64,000 bases of DNA from Octopus vulgaris (GCA_951406725.2 OX597831.1:72850001-72914000); one strand, 5' to 3'; counted from the first letter of the stretch, positions 25,271 through 38,295 are shown. Translations and numbers: made by a program. Notes: generated by a model not told the origin, from the letters alone.

Positions 25271-25673
25271 CTTTTACTCTTTTACTTGTTTCAGTCATTT
25301 GACTGCGGCCATGCTGGAGCACCACCTTTAGTCGAGCAAATTGACCCCGGGACTTATTCTTTATAACCCCAGTACTTATTCTATCGGTCTTTTTTGCCGA
25401 ACCGCTAAGTGACGGGGACATAAACACACCAGCATCGGTTGTCAGGCAATGCTAGGGGGACAAACACAGACACACAAACACATACACATACATATATATA
25501 TACATATATACGACAGGCTTCTTTCAGTTTCCGTCTACCAAATCCACTCACAAGGCATTGGTCGGCCCGGGGCTATAGCAGAAGACACTTGCCCAAGATG
25601 CCACGCAGTGGGACTGAACCCGGAACCATGTGGTTGGTAAACAAGCTACTTACCACACAGCCGCTCCTGCGCC
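25271..25673 (-). mobile_element. SINE A, full length, antisense
   Basis: Colinear with 23650-24065. Confidence 0.9.
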
Positions 25674-25719
25674 TATAGTATGCATGTGCAGTATACGTTA
25701 TGTATGCATTGTGTAAGTA

Positions 25720-26165
25720 TATGGCGTAGTGGTTCAGGTGCTGTGCTCATGGTTTTGCAATCATGGTTTCGATTCCTGGGACTGGACAGTGTATTGTGTT
25801 GTTGAGCAAAACACTTCATTTCACATTGCGCTACAATCAATTTGACATCTGATGTGCAACACACCTGTGCCCCTGTACACACAATACCGATTTTGATGAG
25901 CACCTGTGCTGGTGCCGCGTATAAAGCACTCGTGTTGGTATCATGTACAAAACACTGGGGCTGGTGCCACACAAAAAGCACCCAGTACACTCTGTAGAGT
26001 TGTTGGCATTAGGACGAGCATCTAGCTGAAGAAACCATGCCAAAACAATCAAAACGAATCGGAGCCTGGCGTAGCTCTCCGACTTACCAGTTCCTGTCAA
26101 GCTGTCCAACCCAACCATGCCAGCATGGAAAACAGACATTAAATGCCAATGGTGATGATGATGAT
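25720..26165 (+). mobile_element. SINE with tRNA/CORE-like head and family-C (RTE) tail
   Basis: tggcgtagtgg..gtttcgattcc..ttgagcaaaacacttcatttcac, then the C body and caaccatgccagcatggaaaacagacattaaa. Confidence 0.6.
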
Positions 26166-26528
26166 GGAGCTTATGTATAGCTCAAGCATTTGATCACAAA
26201 TTATTTGTGCAGGATGTTGAGCAAGAAATGGCAGAACCCACATCTGTTGTCTATGACAGGACAGACCCCTATATATATACAAGCATACTTCCTTGCCATA
26301 TTTCAATGTTACCATATTTCTGCTGAAAAACACTTTGTTTCAATTAATTTTGAAAATAATGAGGAATTTAGCCAAATATCTTGGTCTTTATTGCGATGGC
26401 ACATCAATTAACCTGAAATATTTTCATAGAAGGGTTTAATTTGAACTTATTTAAAACAAGAAGTTTGTATATCATAGAGACAGAGGCAGACTCGGGTGAG
26501 TTTACAAACACAGACTGAGTTATACAAT

Positions 26529-27117
26529 TAACCGATTCGTTAACATATTTTTGTTAAAAATACTTCCTTTGTTCCAATTAATTTTGAAAGTAACGAAGAG
26601 TTGAGTAAAATATCTCGGTTGTTGTGAGGAACATAAACTGACGTGAAATTTACTTTTACTTTTTTTTTTACTTTTTACTTGTTTCAGTCATTTGACTGCG
26701 GCCATGCTGGAGCACCGCATTTAGTCAAGCAAATTGACCCCGGGACTTATTCTTTGTAAGCCCAGTACTTATTCTATCGTTCTCTTTTGCCGAACCACTA
26801 AGTGACGGGGACGTAAACACACCAGCATCGGTTGTCAAGCAATGCTAGGGGGACAAACATATACACACACACACATATATATATATATACATATATACGA
26901 CAGGCTTCTTTCAGTTTCCTTCTACCAAATCCACTCACAAGGCATTGGTCGGCCCGGGGCTATAGCAGAAGGCACTTGCCCAAGATGCCACGCAGTGGGA
27001 CTGAACCCGGAACCATGTGGTTGGTTAGCAAGCTACTTACCACACAGCCACTTTTGCGCAAGTTTCTACCATAAAACTAGGAGTGGTTTCATGTGAGTTT
27101 GTATTAAAAGGGTTAAT
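26529..27117. mobile_element. piggyBac-like MITE P2 interrupted by antisense SINE A (26650-27059)
   Basis: ttaaccgattcgttaacatattt ... gtattaaaagggttaa, with a full SINE A inside. Confidence 0.6.
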
Positions 27118-27369
27118 CTGAGACCATGTGTGTGTGTGTGTGTATACACCCGCCTACCTCCCTGTACTGAGGTAGAGGTTGCTAAACAATGTTTAACAAA
27201 TCCAAACAAAACCAAAACCAACAACAAAAATATAAAACAAGACAAAAACACACCAGTTTATCACACACCCCTGCCAAACTTGGCACCACCCAGCTCTCAT
27301 TTATCATTCTCTTCATATATATAGATATATATAGATATTATGCATATATACATACACACATGTATACAC

Positions 27370-27720
<351 letters not shown>

Positions 27721-28099
27721 CTGAATTTTCTTTGTTTATTGTTTTTGATCTTCAACTATCATCTGCTGAGTCTTTGAATTCCCAGACAGTGTTTCCAGCT
27801 GGTTTTTAGTTCAGATGCAACAAGAAAAGCAAAAAAGAAAATAGCTTATAGCCTTTTGTTTTTTCTTTCTTTCTTTTCCTATATTTTCTTTTGTTTCAAA
27901 GTAATATCTTTTTCACCTATAATTTTAGCTTAATTACTCCATCTCCCAACACAATTTTTATAAAATATTGATTACGTTGTACATTTCTGGCTAATTCACA
28001 TTGTTTCTTTTGTTTGCTTTTAAATTTTCAAGTACAAAGTCTTAATAGTCTAGGTGTCTTACCCTTGACCCTATTATTATTATTATTATTATTATTATT

Positions 28100-28295
28100 A
28101 GCGCGTGGGGCAAAATGCGTAGCGGTATTTTGTCTGCCATTAGGTTTTGAGTTCGAATTCTGCCACGGTCGACTTTGCCTTTCATCCTTTCAGGGGGTCA
28201 ATAAAATTAGTACCAATTACGTACTGGGGGTCGATGTAATCAACTTAATTCCTTCCCCAAAAATTTGAGGCCTTGTGCTTCCAGTAGAAAGGATG

Positions 28296-28327
<32 letters not shown>

Positions 28328-28470
28328 AACTAGGACGGTGAGCTAGCAGAAACATTAGCAGTTCAAATTCCGCCAGGGTTGACTTTGTCTTTCATCCTTT
28401 TGGGGTCGATAAATTTAAGTACCAGGTGAGTACTTAAATTTCAGGCCTTGTGCCTAAAGTTGAAAGGATA
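28100..28470 (+). mobile_element. two SINE B copies separated by (ATT)n; the second has internal deletions
   Basis: Family motifs at 28100-28295 and 28332-28470. Confidence 0.75.
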
Positions 28471-28477
28471 ATCCTTA

Positions 28478-28838
28478 TTATCTCCACCTTAGCAAAAGCA
28501 GAGGTATTGTCTTCAATCATGTTTGTTTGTTTGTCTGTAAACAAGATATCTCAAGAACTGCTGGATGGTTTCAGATGAAACTTTCAGGAATGTTTAGCCT
28601 TGTGACTGGTTTGAACTGATTAGATTTTGGGATCGATTTGGTACTGGACAAGGATTCTGGATCATTTTTTTCCTGTTTTTTTACTTATTTATTGAGAGCG
28701 GTCAGGTTCATTTTTAGTATTCTCGTTCGTGAAAGCAGTCGGGGTCATTTTTAGTATTCTCATTTTAAATATCATCTCCAGTTAATCGTTGAGAGGATGT
28801 TGGTGTTGCCTTGGCAGAGGTTTGCACTCTCTAAGTGG
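28478..28838 (+). mobile_element. Helentron-associated non-autonomous element (HINE/DINE-1-like)
   Basis: 5' ttatctccacc..gaggtattgt, (GTTT)n then aacaagatatctcaa, gatgaaacttt, gattagattttggg; 3' subTIR ccttggcagagg plus hairpin cact-ctcta-agtg. Confidence 0.65.
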
Positions 28839-29167
28839 CAGCACCACCACCACACCACCACTATCATCATCATCATCATCATCATCATCATGGTGGTGGT
28901 GAGCTGGTAAAATCATTAACATACCCAGCACAGGAGCCACTTGGGCAGACCTGGCATCGACCACGTTCGGACGGTGCTTTTTATGTACCATTGGTACAGG
29001 AGCCGGTCAGGGGTCGCCAGCCCCAGCTACGATATTGGTTTTACTTGACTCAACAAGACTTTTCAAGCATATCATATCACCCGACGCATCAGGAGTATTC
29101 TTAACACAGCCGAACGTGTGTGGCTCTGATCTCACTTTAGTTGCCAGGTCTTGTCAATCACAATTCC

Positions 29168-29400
29168 TCATCATCATCGTTTAACGTCCGTTTTCCGTGC
29201 TAGCACAGGTTGGACGGTTTGACCAGGGTCTGGGAAGCCAGGAGGCTGCACCAGGCTCCAGTCTGATCTGGTAGTATTTCTACAGCTGGATGCCCTTCCT
29301 AACGCCAACCACTCCGCGAGTGTAGTGGGTGCTTTTTACATGCCACCGGCACAGGTGCCAGTCAAGGCGGCGCTGGCATCGGTCATGTTTGGATGGTGGA
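29168..29400 (-). mobile_element. SINE C, antisense
   Basis: catcatcgtttaacgtccgttttcc...ctacagctggatgcccttcctaacgccaaccactcc. Confidence 0.85.
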
Positions 29401-30426
29401 GGTCAGCTTAGCCTGTCATTCTTTCAGGGATCAATACAATGAAGTAACAGTCATGTATTGGGGTTGATGGTAGATGGTATCCACCAGCCAGCCCCACCCC
29501 ACCTTTGAAAAAATTGCTAAGCTTCAATCTAAATGAATAACCATTACTATTGTTGTAGTAAAAAAAATAAATAAAAAACGAAAATAAAAGACCGCAGGTG
29601 ATCAAGAGTGGTGGTCATGGCTTGTGTTAACAGATTTACTTTCAGCATGTGTCTGGTGTAGGTCAGAGCTGGGTGAGGGCACCTGCCATTGGTAGACTGG
29701 ATAATCTTAGGTCTGTGAAGTTTCTTGACTGGTCCTAGTTGACAACGCTCCCCTCCAGGGCCTTGATATGAATCATCTCTGTATGGTCTATAGCATTACT
29801 TTTGTGCTTTCATTCATTTCATCCGCTTTGGGTATAAGCCCAAATCCTAACACACACACACTCACGCACACTTAGAGTAATCTGTCGCTGTTATGTCGCC
29901 TTCCCACTCACCCATCACCTTCATCATAATAAGATTATTGTAATTATCATTATAATTATCATTGTTGTTATTATTATTATTATTGCTGTTATTATCTTTT
30001 TATGAGCTGGCAGAATTGACAGCACGCTTGACACAGCGCCTGGTGGTATTTCTTCCGTCTTTACGTTCTAAATTTAAATTTTGTTGAGGTCGACTTTGCT
30101 TTCATCCTTCTGGGGTCAATAAAATAAAGGACCAGCTGAGCACTGAAACTGACGTACTTGCCCAGCCCCCAACTACCCCCAAATTTCAGGCCTTGCACCT
30201 ACAGCAGAAAGGATTATTATTATTGCTGCTGTTGTTGTTGTTGTTGTTAAATAAGATATAAATTAATCTAATATCAACAAACATACACACACATACACAA
30301 TTGATTTCATTTAGGGAATAATTAATGAAAGTGTATCCTTGTGTGTGCATGCATATGGTGTATGAGGGTGTGAGTGCATGTGTGTGTGTGTGTGTGTATG
30401 TAAGTGCTTATATGTGTGTAAGAATA

Positions 30427-30844
30427 CAGGGTTGGCCGAAAGTCACCCGACAGTAAATCAAAATTCCATGAATTCTATCCGAAATTCTGTAAGGACAACA
30501 AACTGGCAGAATCGTTAGCACACCGGGCAAAATGCTTGGCAGTATTTCGTCTGCCGTTACGTTCTGAGTTCAAATTCTGCCAAGGTCGACTTTGCCTTTC
30601 ATCCTTTCAATGTCAATTAAATAAGTACCAGTTACACACTGGGGTTGATGTAATCGACTTAATCCCTTTGTCTGTCCTTGTTTATTTATCCCCTCTGTGT
30701 TTAGCCCCCTATGGGCAATAAATAAAATCAGTTTGAACAATTGTTATGATGTTTCATATTTTTAGATGCTTTTATTAAAATTCATTCGTAAAACAAATAA
30801 ATCTTGGTTTTGATTTACTGTTGGGTGACTTTTGGCCAACACTG
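30427..30844. mobile_element. Tc1/mariner-like MITE carrying a nested long-tail SINE B (about 30492-30727)
   Basis: TIRs of about 37 bp: cagggttggccgaaagtcacccgacagtaaatcaaaa / ttttgatttactgttgggtgacttttggccaacactg; TA on both sides. Confidence 0.85.
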
Positions 30845-31009
30845 TACGTTTATAGTGTGTGTGTGTGTGTGTGTGTGTTGACATTTCAGTTGTGTCCTCC
30901 TCCACTCCAGGGATAGTTAAGGTCTATCTTCATTCAGACAAGTTAGTCAGTGGTGGTGGGCAGGATGTGAAAGGATCAAACTAAACGACAACAATTAACC
31001 ATCTACAAG

Positions 31010-31170
31010 ACAACCTGCTAGAAATAGCAGCCAAATCTCCTCCAAATCATACACTGCCACCTTTCATAAAGGAAAGAAATATCAGATAACACAGTCTCGG
31101 GTATAAAAGAAAAGACAGGATGGTCACGGTTGGAATGTCTTTCATTAGAGTTCTACTTGATCGGACCCAA
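31010..31170. repeat. old interspersed repeat family E
   Basis: Motif ctgctagaaatagcagccaaatct..ggatggtcacggttggaatg; also at about 3950-4200, 43090-43270, 44415-44545 and 45500-45870, in both orientations. Confidence 0.6.
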
Positions 31171-31618
31171 CAGATAAGCCCCCCCCCATCTTACCCTTAC
31201 CACTCACTCCAGCTTATTTTCCATTAGGATCAGGATTACCCCTCAGACACACCACCAAGGGCTCACCCAGAGGTCTACTGCAATAACCTCCATGAAGCCC
31301 TTCCATCACAACCGTACCCCCACAAACGGCGGCCACGGCCAGGGGCCACATGTAATTGCACAGAAACCTCTCATATGATAACTGAAGAGGTTCCACATGT
31401 AGCCAACAGCTGTGGAATTGAATGGATCAACTCAACAACGACAATAGCAAGATTAAATGCTTTCTCCTCTTTCTACTACTCTTTCCATCTCTGACCATTT
31501 CTATCAGTTTATCTCTCTCACTGACTGTCTCTCCCCCTCCCATATATATCAGTCTCTCTGTCACTTTCCCTCTATCTCTGTGTCTGGCTCTCATTGCTTG
31601 CATCTCTTTCTTTTTCTG

Positions 31619-31652
<34 letters not shown>

Positions 31653-31655
<3 letters not shown>

Positions 31656-31810
31656 CGCGGGCATGGCTGTGTGGTTAGGGAGCTTGCTTCCCAACTACAT
31701 GGTTTCGGGTTCAGTCCCACTGCGTGGCACTTTGGGCAGGTGTCTTCCGCTATAGCCCCGAGTCGACCAAAGCTTTGTGATTGAATTCGGTAGGTGGAAG
31801 TTACTGCCGT
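31653..31810 (+). mobile_element. SINE A 5' half after (TA)n
   Basis: ggcgcgggcatggctgtgtggttag...gaccaaagctttgtga. Confidence 0.75.
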
Positions 31811-31862
31811 GTGTGTATGTGTGCGTATAGCTGCTCAGTGCCTCTCCGAAAGAGAGAGAGGG

Positions 31863-31909
<47 letters not shown>

Positions 31910-32127
31910 CATATATATATACACACACATATATATATATTTGTCCTTCTCTCTGTCTTGCTTTCTCTATATCCACTTATGTATCTGTCTCTCTCAACTG
32001 TGTGTGTGTGTGTGTGTGTGTGTGTCTCTCTCTCTCTCCCCCCAGCACAGAAACGAATTCGACAGGTGGGCAACAGCTAAGTGCATGTATCAACATATAT
32101 TAACACAGATATTATGTCACTTCACAA

Positions 32128-32166
<39 letters not shown>

Positions 32167-32369
32167 GGCACAGACTGAGAGAGGTCAGCTGCAAGATTTA
32201 AACACATCATTAGAATGACAGACAAGGAAAACACAAAAAAAAAAAAGTCAATCAATTACCCGGTTTGTTGTTATTTTAATTTCTAATGCATTAAATATAA
32301 ATAAATTCAGCTGAATTTTTTTTTGTTTTTTTTTTTTGTTTTTTCACAAACTAATTTTGGAGGAGAGGG

Positions 32370-32650
32370 CAGGGCCCGCCCATGATTATTTGCAAGTCCT
32401 CCAGGACCAGTTGAGCTTGATGCCATTAACGTCTGCTTGCTTTATACTGCAGCAGATCGATCAACATTTGCAGGAAAGACTTAGAGATTCCAGGGGGAGC
32501 AATGTTCAGGGGAAGAAGGACTGGAGATAATAGTGCAGAGTTGAAGAGCTTGAACACATCGTAAGTAACAAGAGGTGGGAAGACGAGCAGAGTGGGGGTA
32601 CCTGAGTGATGGAGGTACAAGACCAACCAGCTGCAAGGAACTGAGGCAAT
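32370..32650 (-). pseudogene. decayed 3' end of a Jockey/CR1-group LINE
   Basis: Minus-strand frames LQLVGLVPPSLRYPHSARL...PWNL..FPA resemble the ELxxLVPP..TR...LWNxLP..FP terminus of such elements. Confidence 0.5.
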
Positions 32651-33194
32651 GATAGCAAAGGCACAAAGGCAGAGAGCTGACAGAATTGTTAGCATACCAG
32701 ACAAATTCTTAGTAGCATTTGTTCTGGTTTGATGCTTTAAGTTCAAATTCTGCCAAAGAAAATTTGCCTTTCATCCTCTTGGAATCGATAAAATAAGTAC
32801 CAGTTGTACTTTGGGGGTCAATGTAATCAACTGCCCTCTTCCACAAGATTTCAGACCTTGTGCTTATCGTAGAAAAGGTTATAATAGAAACAGGAATTGT
32901 ATTTGCTGTACAATGACATATTTCAGTAGAATTACTACACGGTGATGGTCAGAACTGGACTCTGGTCATTGAAATGTTGGATTAGGAGTTTCAGTGATCA
33001 GCACTCATATTCCATCACTGGCACCACTTCTACAAAAGTGCAGACAAAATGTTTAGTGCAGATAACCCACTCCTAGGGTTAAAAACTGGTTAGCAAAAAC
33101 TGTAACTTTTGTGTTTAAAAATAAATGGTAAATTTAACAAGATTTATTTTGGTTCCAGCTTGGTACCAATGTTGCGACCCTGGTACCAAGCTGA

Positions 33195-33363
33195 ATGATG
33201 AGCTCAAATCAGCATTCTCTTCCGTGGATAAACATCAGTGGCACAGAGAGGAAAGACCTATGTGCACGAGTGACAGCCAGCCTTCCTCAAACACTTTTGC
33301 CTGGGTCTGAATGCACATGGACAGATGCATGGTCAAACTTGACCAATGGAAGTTTAATTTCAG
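33195..33363 (+). CDS. candidate first coding exon of an unidentified host gene (exon 33159-33363)
   Basis: Acceptor ttattttggttccAG ending at 33158; in-frame TGA directly before ATG 33195; 56 codons of non-repetitive sequence with three N-glycosylation sequons (NIS, NLT, NGS); donor CAG|GTAAAA at 33364 (phase 1). Confidence 0.4.
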
Positions 33364-35115
33364 GTAAAAAAAATAGCATCCCTCACTGCCAGGAAGTACC
33401 ATAGCTGGTAACTTGTAAGACATTTTCCCCAAAAAGAGCTCTCAAAAAATATCACCTCAAATCTTGGGCATTCCATAAGCTAATTTTATCCCTGGTGCTT
33501 ACTACTATAGGCTAATTTTAAACCAGACGGTCTCTTCTACATAGCCAGATCCACAATATTTACTCGTGGGAATGTTTTCTGTACTTTTGTAACGTGCTAC
33601 TAAATTGTTTTAAATATCACACACCCTAATGCCCTAAAAACATTTTTCCTGACTATGCTCTGCTGGAATTGGGGTGCATCTAGTATGCCTGTATGTCTTT
33701 TATGCTACCAAATATGGTAGTTCAGAATTTGTGTGACACTATAGAATCTTAGTACTTTCGGCACAATCACCCAGTTGGCTTACCATGTAGCACTAGCCCT
33801 GGATATACCACATGTGTATGTGTGGTTTTCTATATCTGTATTTGAGTTACCGGTTTAAAGTAGTATCTCAAATTGTATCCCTTTACATTAAAGATGGTAA
33901 CATAATTTTTGGTAAATGGAGATTGATAAAATATTGGACTAAAATAAGCAATGGAGTTGATGTAAATTCCTCAAGTGATGATGTTCCAGCATGGCCACAG
34001 TTCAATGAGTGAAACCAGTGAAAGAATACAAGAATAACAATGGCAATTTCTTCTAATTCAAAGACTTTGCCTCAACTCAATCAGGAGAATAATTAAATAA
34101 ATAAATAAAAAGTTGGCCATATGGAAAATATAAAGAATAAAATAAATAAGTAAAAGAATTATGTCAATGGGTAGAAGTGAGAGGAGAAAATGCAGAAGGA
34201 GAGGTTGAGGTGAGAAGCTGGGGTGGTGGTAGTGGTGGTGGTTGTGGGATAAATTCAACATTTTAATGAGATCCAAAAGGATAATAGAAATACCAGAGAG
34301 GGGAAGGAGGAGGAGGAGGAGGCAGAAAAAAAAAGAAGAAGAGGAAGAAGAAGGAGTTAACAAATAGGTAAATAAATAAAAACAGAATTGTTAAGGAGAG
34401 AAAAGAAGAGGGACTGGAGTGAAAAGGACCAGATGTGTGCAAGGGGTAAGAAATTGGGTTAACTAAGGAAGGGACCAGAATATGTAAACACACCCTCTTC
34501 AACCTCCCCATCACTACCTGACAATCACCCGACCAACACTATCGCCCCCCACTCATAGGAGGAAGCTAACAAATGACAATGGAAGAATATAATGGTAAAT
34601 GCCTTCAAGGCACCACAGAAATAGCTGGATAATGTTATCAGTGATATTTAAGGAATGAGAGACAAACTGTTCCTGGATAGGCAGCTAGGAAACAGCAGGT
34701 GTATGAATGTATGTAGCTGGATGTGGTAAGAAGGTTGCTTCCCAACCACGTGGTCTTAGGTTCAATCCCACTGTATGGCAATTTAGGCGTTATCTACAAT
34801 AGCCCTGGGCCAAACAAAGTGGATTTGGTAGGTGGAAACTGAGAGAAGCCCATCAGGTGTGTATGTGCATGGGGAGGAGTACTCTTGCTTTGCCTTGACA
34901 TCACATGATAGATATGAGTGAGACTCACTGTCATGCAAGTGATGTCCATTTTCCAATCTTCCATGAAAACATGTCTGGTCACAAAGAAATATTACTATAT
35001 TTGGAAACAGGTGGAGGTTGGTAAAGAAAAGGCATCTGGGTATAGCCATAGAAATCCCATCTGATCCATATATGCATGGAAAAGCTAATGTAAAAAGGAT
35101 GATAATATATATATA

Positions 35116-35645
35116 CAAGGGTGAGCCAAAAAGTAAAGCCATTTTGTTTAGGACAAGTATAATTACCAACACAGGATCATGTATCGTACATCAAAATGAA
35201 GCTGGTCCTCTGCGGATCACATCCCTACTTCTCAACATGGTCACCGTTTCTCTCAATAGCAATGTTCCACCTTCGAATGAGACCATGTATCCCTGTCTCC
35301 ATAAAATTCTGTTGGCTGTTCTTTGAGCCACCGCTTCACTACAGTTTTCACTTCCTCGTCACTGGAATAATGTTTGCATCTTGAACCCTCTGTCATGGGG
35401 CTGAAGAGATGATAGCCCAGTGACGAGGAAGTGAAAACTGTAGTGAAGAAGTGGCTCAAAGAACAGCCAACAGAATTTTATAGGGCAGGGATACATGCTC
35501 TCATTTGAAGGTGGAACATTGCTATTGAGAGAAGTAGGGATGTGATCAACAGAGGACCAGCTTCATTTTGATGTACAACACATGTTCCTGTGTTGGTAAT
35601 TACACTTGTCCTAAATAAAATGGCTTTACTTTTTGACTCACCCTC

Positions 35646-35646
<1 letters not shown>
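35116..35646. mobile_element. mariner-derived palindromic MITE built from two 3' ends
   Basis: Arms 35116-35365 and 35417-35646; termini TA-caagggtgagccaaaaagtaa / ttactttttgactcaccctcg; arms encode the mariner transposase C-terminus (HYSSDEEVKTVVKRWLKEQPTEFY). Confidence 0.9.
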
Positions 35647-35691
<45 letters not shown>

Positions 35692-35755
35692 TATGTAGTA
35701 ATGCTTCAACAAGTAGAAAAGCAGTCGATTAGCAAAGAGAGTAAAGATAATCTTA

Positions 35756-35949
35756 TAAAAAAAAACTACAAATCTTGTAAATACAACTACCCAGGGTTTC
35801 CTGGTTGAATAAGTTGTTATTTTAACCATTTATCAAACGGAAAACAAGCCGGTCTTATTTTCCAGTTTGATAAATAGTTGAATAAGTTATTATTTCAACC
35901 AGGAAACCCTGGGTAGTTGTATTTACAAGATTTGTAGTTATTTTTTTAT
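35756..35949. repeat. foldback of about 190 bp (MITE-like)
   Basis: aactacaaatcttgtaaatacaactacccagggtttcctggttgaa is perfectly inverted at the other end; inner arms atttatcaaac.ggaaaa / ttttccagtttgataaat. Confidence 0.85.
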
Positions 35950-35977
35950 TTTACACACACACACACATATATCACCA

Positions 35978-36295
35978 GCATCATCATTTAACGTCCGTTT
36001 TCCATGCTGGCATGGGTTTGACGGTTCAACTGGGGTCTGGTGAACCAGACGGCTGCACCAGGCTCCAGTCTGATCTGGCAGAGTTTCTGCAGCTGGATGC
36101 CGTTCCTAACGCCAACCACTCCGAGAGTGTAGTGGGTGCTTTTTACATGCTGGCATCAACCACGATCAGATGGTGCTTTTTATGTGTGACCTGCACAAGA
36201 GCCAGTCAAGGCGGTGCAGCCATCGGCCATGTTCAGATGGTGCTTTTTACGTGCCACCGCCACAGGGACCACAACTACAGTTTCCATTTGATTGT
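35978..36295 (-). mobile_element. SINE C, antisense, with internal repeats
   Basis: Family motifs present. Confidence 0.85.
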
Positions 36296-36939
36296 GATAT
36301 ATATATATATATATATATATATAATACATACACAAAAACATACAGTAATATGTGCAAGTGTAGTTTATAGGTGCAGGTATGGCTGTGTTAAGAAGTTCAT
36401 TTCCTAACCATGTGGTTTCAAGTTCAATCCCAATGCATGGCACCTTGGGCAAATAAATGTCTTCTATAATTCTAAACTCACCAAAGCCATTGCTAAAAGA
36501 CCATTGTGTGTGAGTACACCCTTGTTTTGTTATACTGGTGATAGTTGTCAATGATTATCACCATCATTCCTGAGGCTAAACAAAGTGACATTTTCTCAAG
36601 ATGTCATATAGAGGGGTTGAACCCAGGACCTTGTGATTGTGAAGCAAACCCCTAAACCATTCAGCCATACTACACCACATACAGACTACACTGTTGCTTG
36701 ACATATTTCTGGTGCTTGTGTTAATTATCCTTTGTCTTACATCCTCTCCATTAGATGAAATGAAGCCAAGTCCATGACTCCTGGTTCATGGTTCGTTAAC
36801 TCAAAAAATTATTTCAGATAATTTAACAATATATTTTCTCTATGCATTTCCACAAACAAAAATACATATATATAAATACGTATTATACATATACACAAAT
36901 ATATACATAAATACATATACACACACACACATATATGTA

Positions 36940-37021
<82 letters not shown>

Positions 37022-37519
37022 TATACACATATACATATAGACTTAAATGTACATACATGTGGATTGCACATATGTACATATACACATTATATATACATAC
37101 ATATGTATATATACATATACACACGTGTGTGTGTGTTCACTCATTTGATCTTTCATTTTACATCTGTTTTTCCATGCTAATATGGGTTGGAAATTAAGCA
37201 GTGTGTGTGTGTGTGCGCACGCATGTGTATACACACACACAATCTACTCAAACATATGCTTAATTATTTTCTTTCATTAATCAACTATTATATAAAACAA
37301 AACAATTCATAAACAAACAAAACCCAAAATACAAAATGATTAGAATTCCAGTAGAAGAATGGTAAAAAAAAACCATCGGTAAAGTGAGGGATGCAGGTTC
37401 AATACCTGGGCAATTCCTCTAATTTCATTCACTCCTGAAACTCTGCTAAAAAAAATCTGCTAAGTTGATACGTCTTCCTTCATTCACAGTGTACAGAGGG
37501 ACTAGCAACTTCAGCATTA

Positions 37520-38295
37520 ACATGACATTGTGGTCTTTAGTGCTACAATGATTTATTGAGGTCTACAAGGCCAACGGCTTACTAAGGAACAATGGACCTT
37601 CTGGAGTTGATTGTGTCAATGCAATCTTTTATTGAAGAATTCCTGACCCAATGAGCTATCTATATTCTTTCACTACTGACCCAATAACCTATTGAGATCA
37701 ATAATGTTGACCCAATAACTTAGTAAAATCTTCCAGAGGACTATAATGACCTACAGAGGTATTCTGCATTGAAAGGCGGCAAGCTGGCAGAAATGTTAGC
37801 ACGCCAGGCAAAATGCTTAGCAGTATTTCGTCTGCTGCCACGTTCTGAGTTCAAATTCCGCCAAGGTTGACTTTGCCTTTCATCCTTTCGAGGTCGATTA
37901 AATAAGTACCAGTTACGCACTGGGGTCGATATGATCGACTTAATCCGTTTGTCTGTCCTTGTCTGTCCTCTCAGGGTTTAGCCCCTTGTGGTTAGTAAAG
38001 AAATAGGTATTTCATCTGCCGCTATGTTCTGAGTTCAAATTCCACCGAGGTCGACTTTGCCTTTCATCCTTTCGGGGTTGATTAAATAAGTACCAGTTAC
38101 GCACTGGTGTTGATATAATCAACTTAATCAGTGTGTCTGTCCTTGTTTGTCCCCTCTGTGTTTAGCCCCTTGTGGGTAGTAAAGAAATAGGTATTCTGCA
38201 TTGACTCAATGAGCTAGTGAGGTCTTGTTGACCTTATGACCTACAAAGGTCATCAGCTACAATGACCTGCTGTGATGACCCCAATGACTTAACCT
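37520..38295. repeat. highly diverged minisatellite (about 25-30 nt, tgacccaatgaccta.tgaggtc) split by a SINE B dimer
   Basis: The motif recurs at 37545-37760 and 38203-38295. Confidence 0.55.
37773..38188 (+). mobile_element. long-tail SINE B head-to-tail dimer with 16-bp TSD
   Basis: TSD aggtattctgcattga at 37757-37772 and 38189-38204; internal junction aaagaaatag|gtatttc at about 38005. Confidence 0.9.

Noticed and set aside
33660-33719. Possible Tc1/pogo-like right terminus (ggggtgcatctagtatgc...aaatatggta)
   Set aside because: No matching left TIR found nearby; too degenerate to call.
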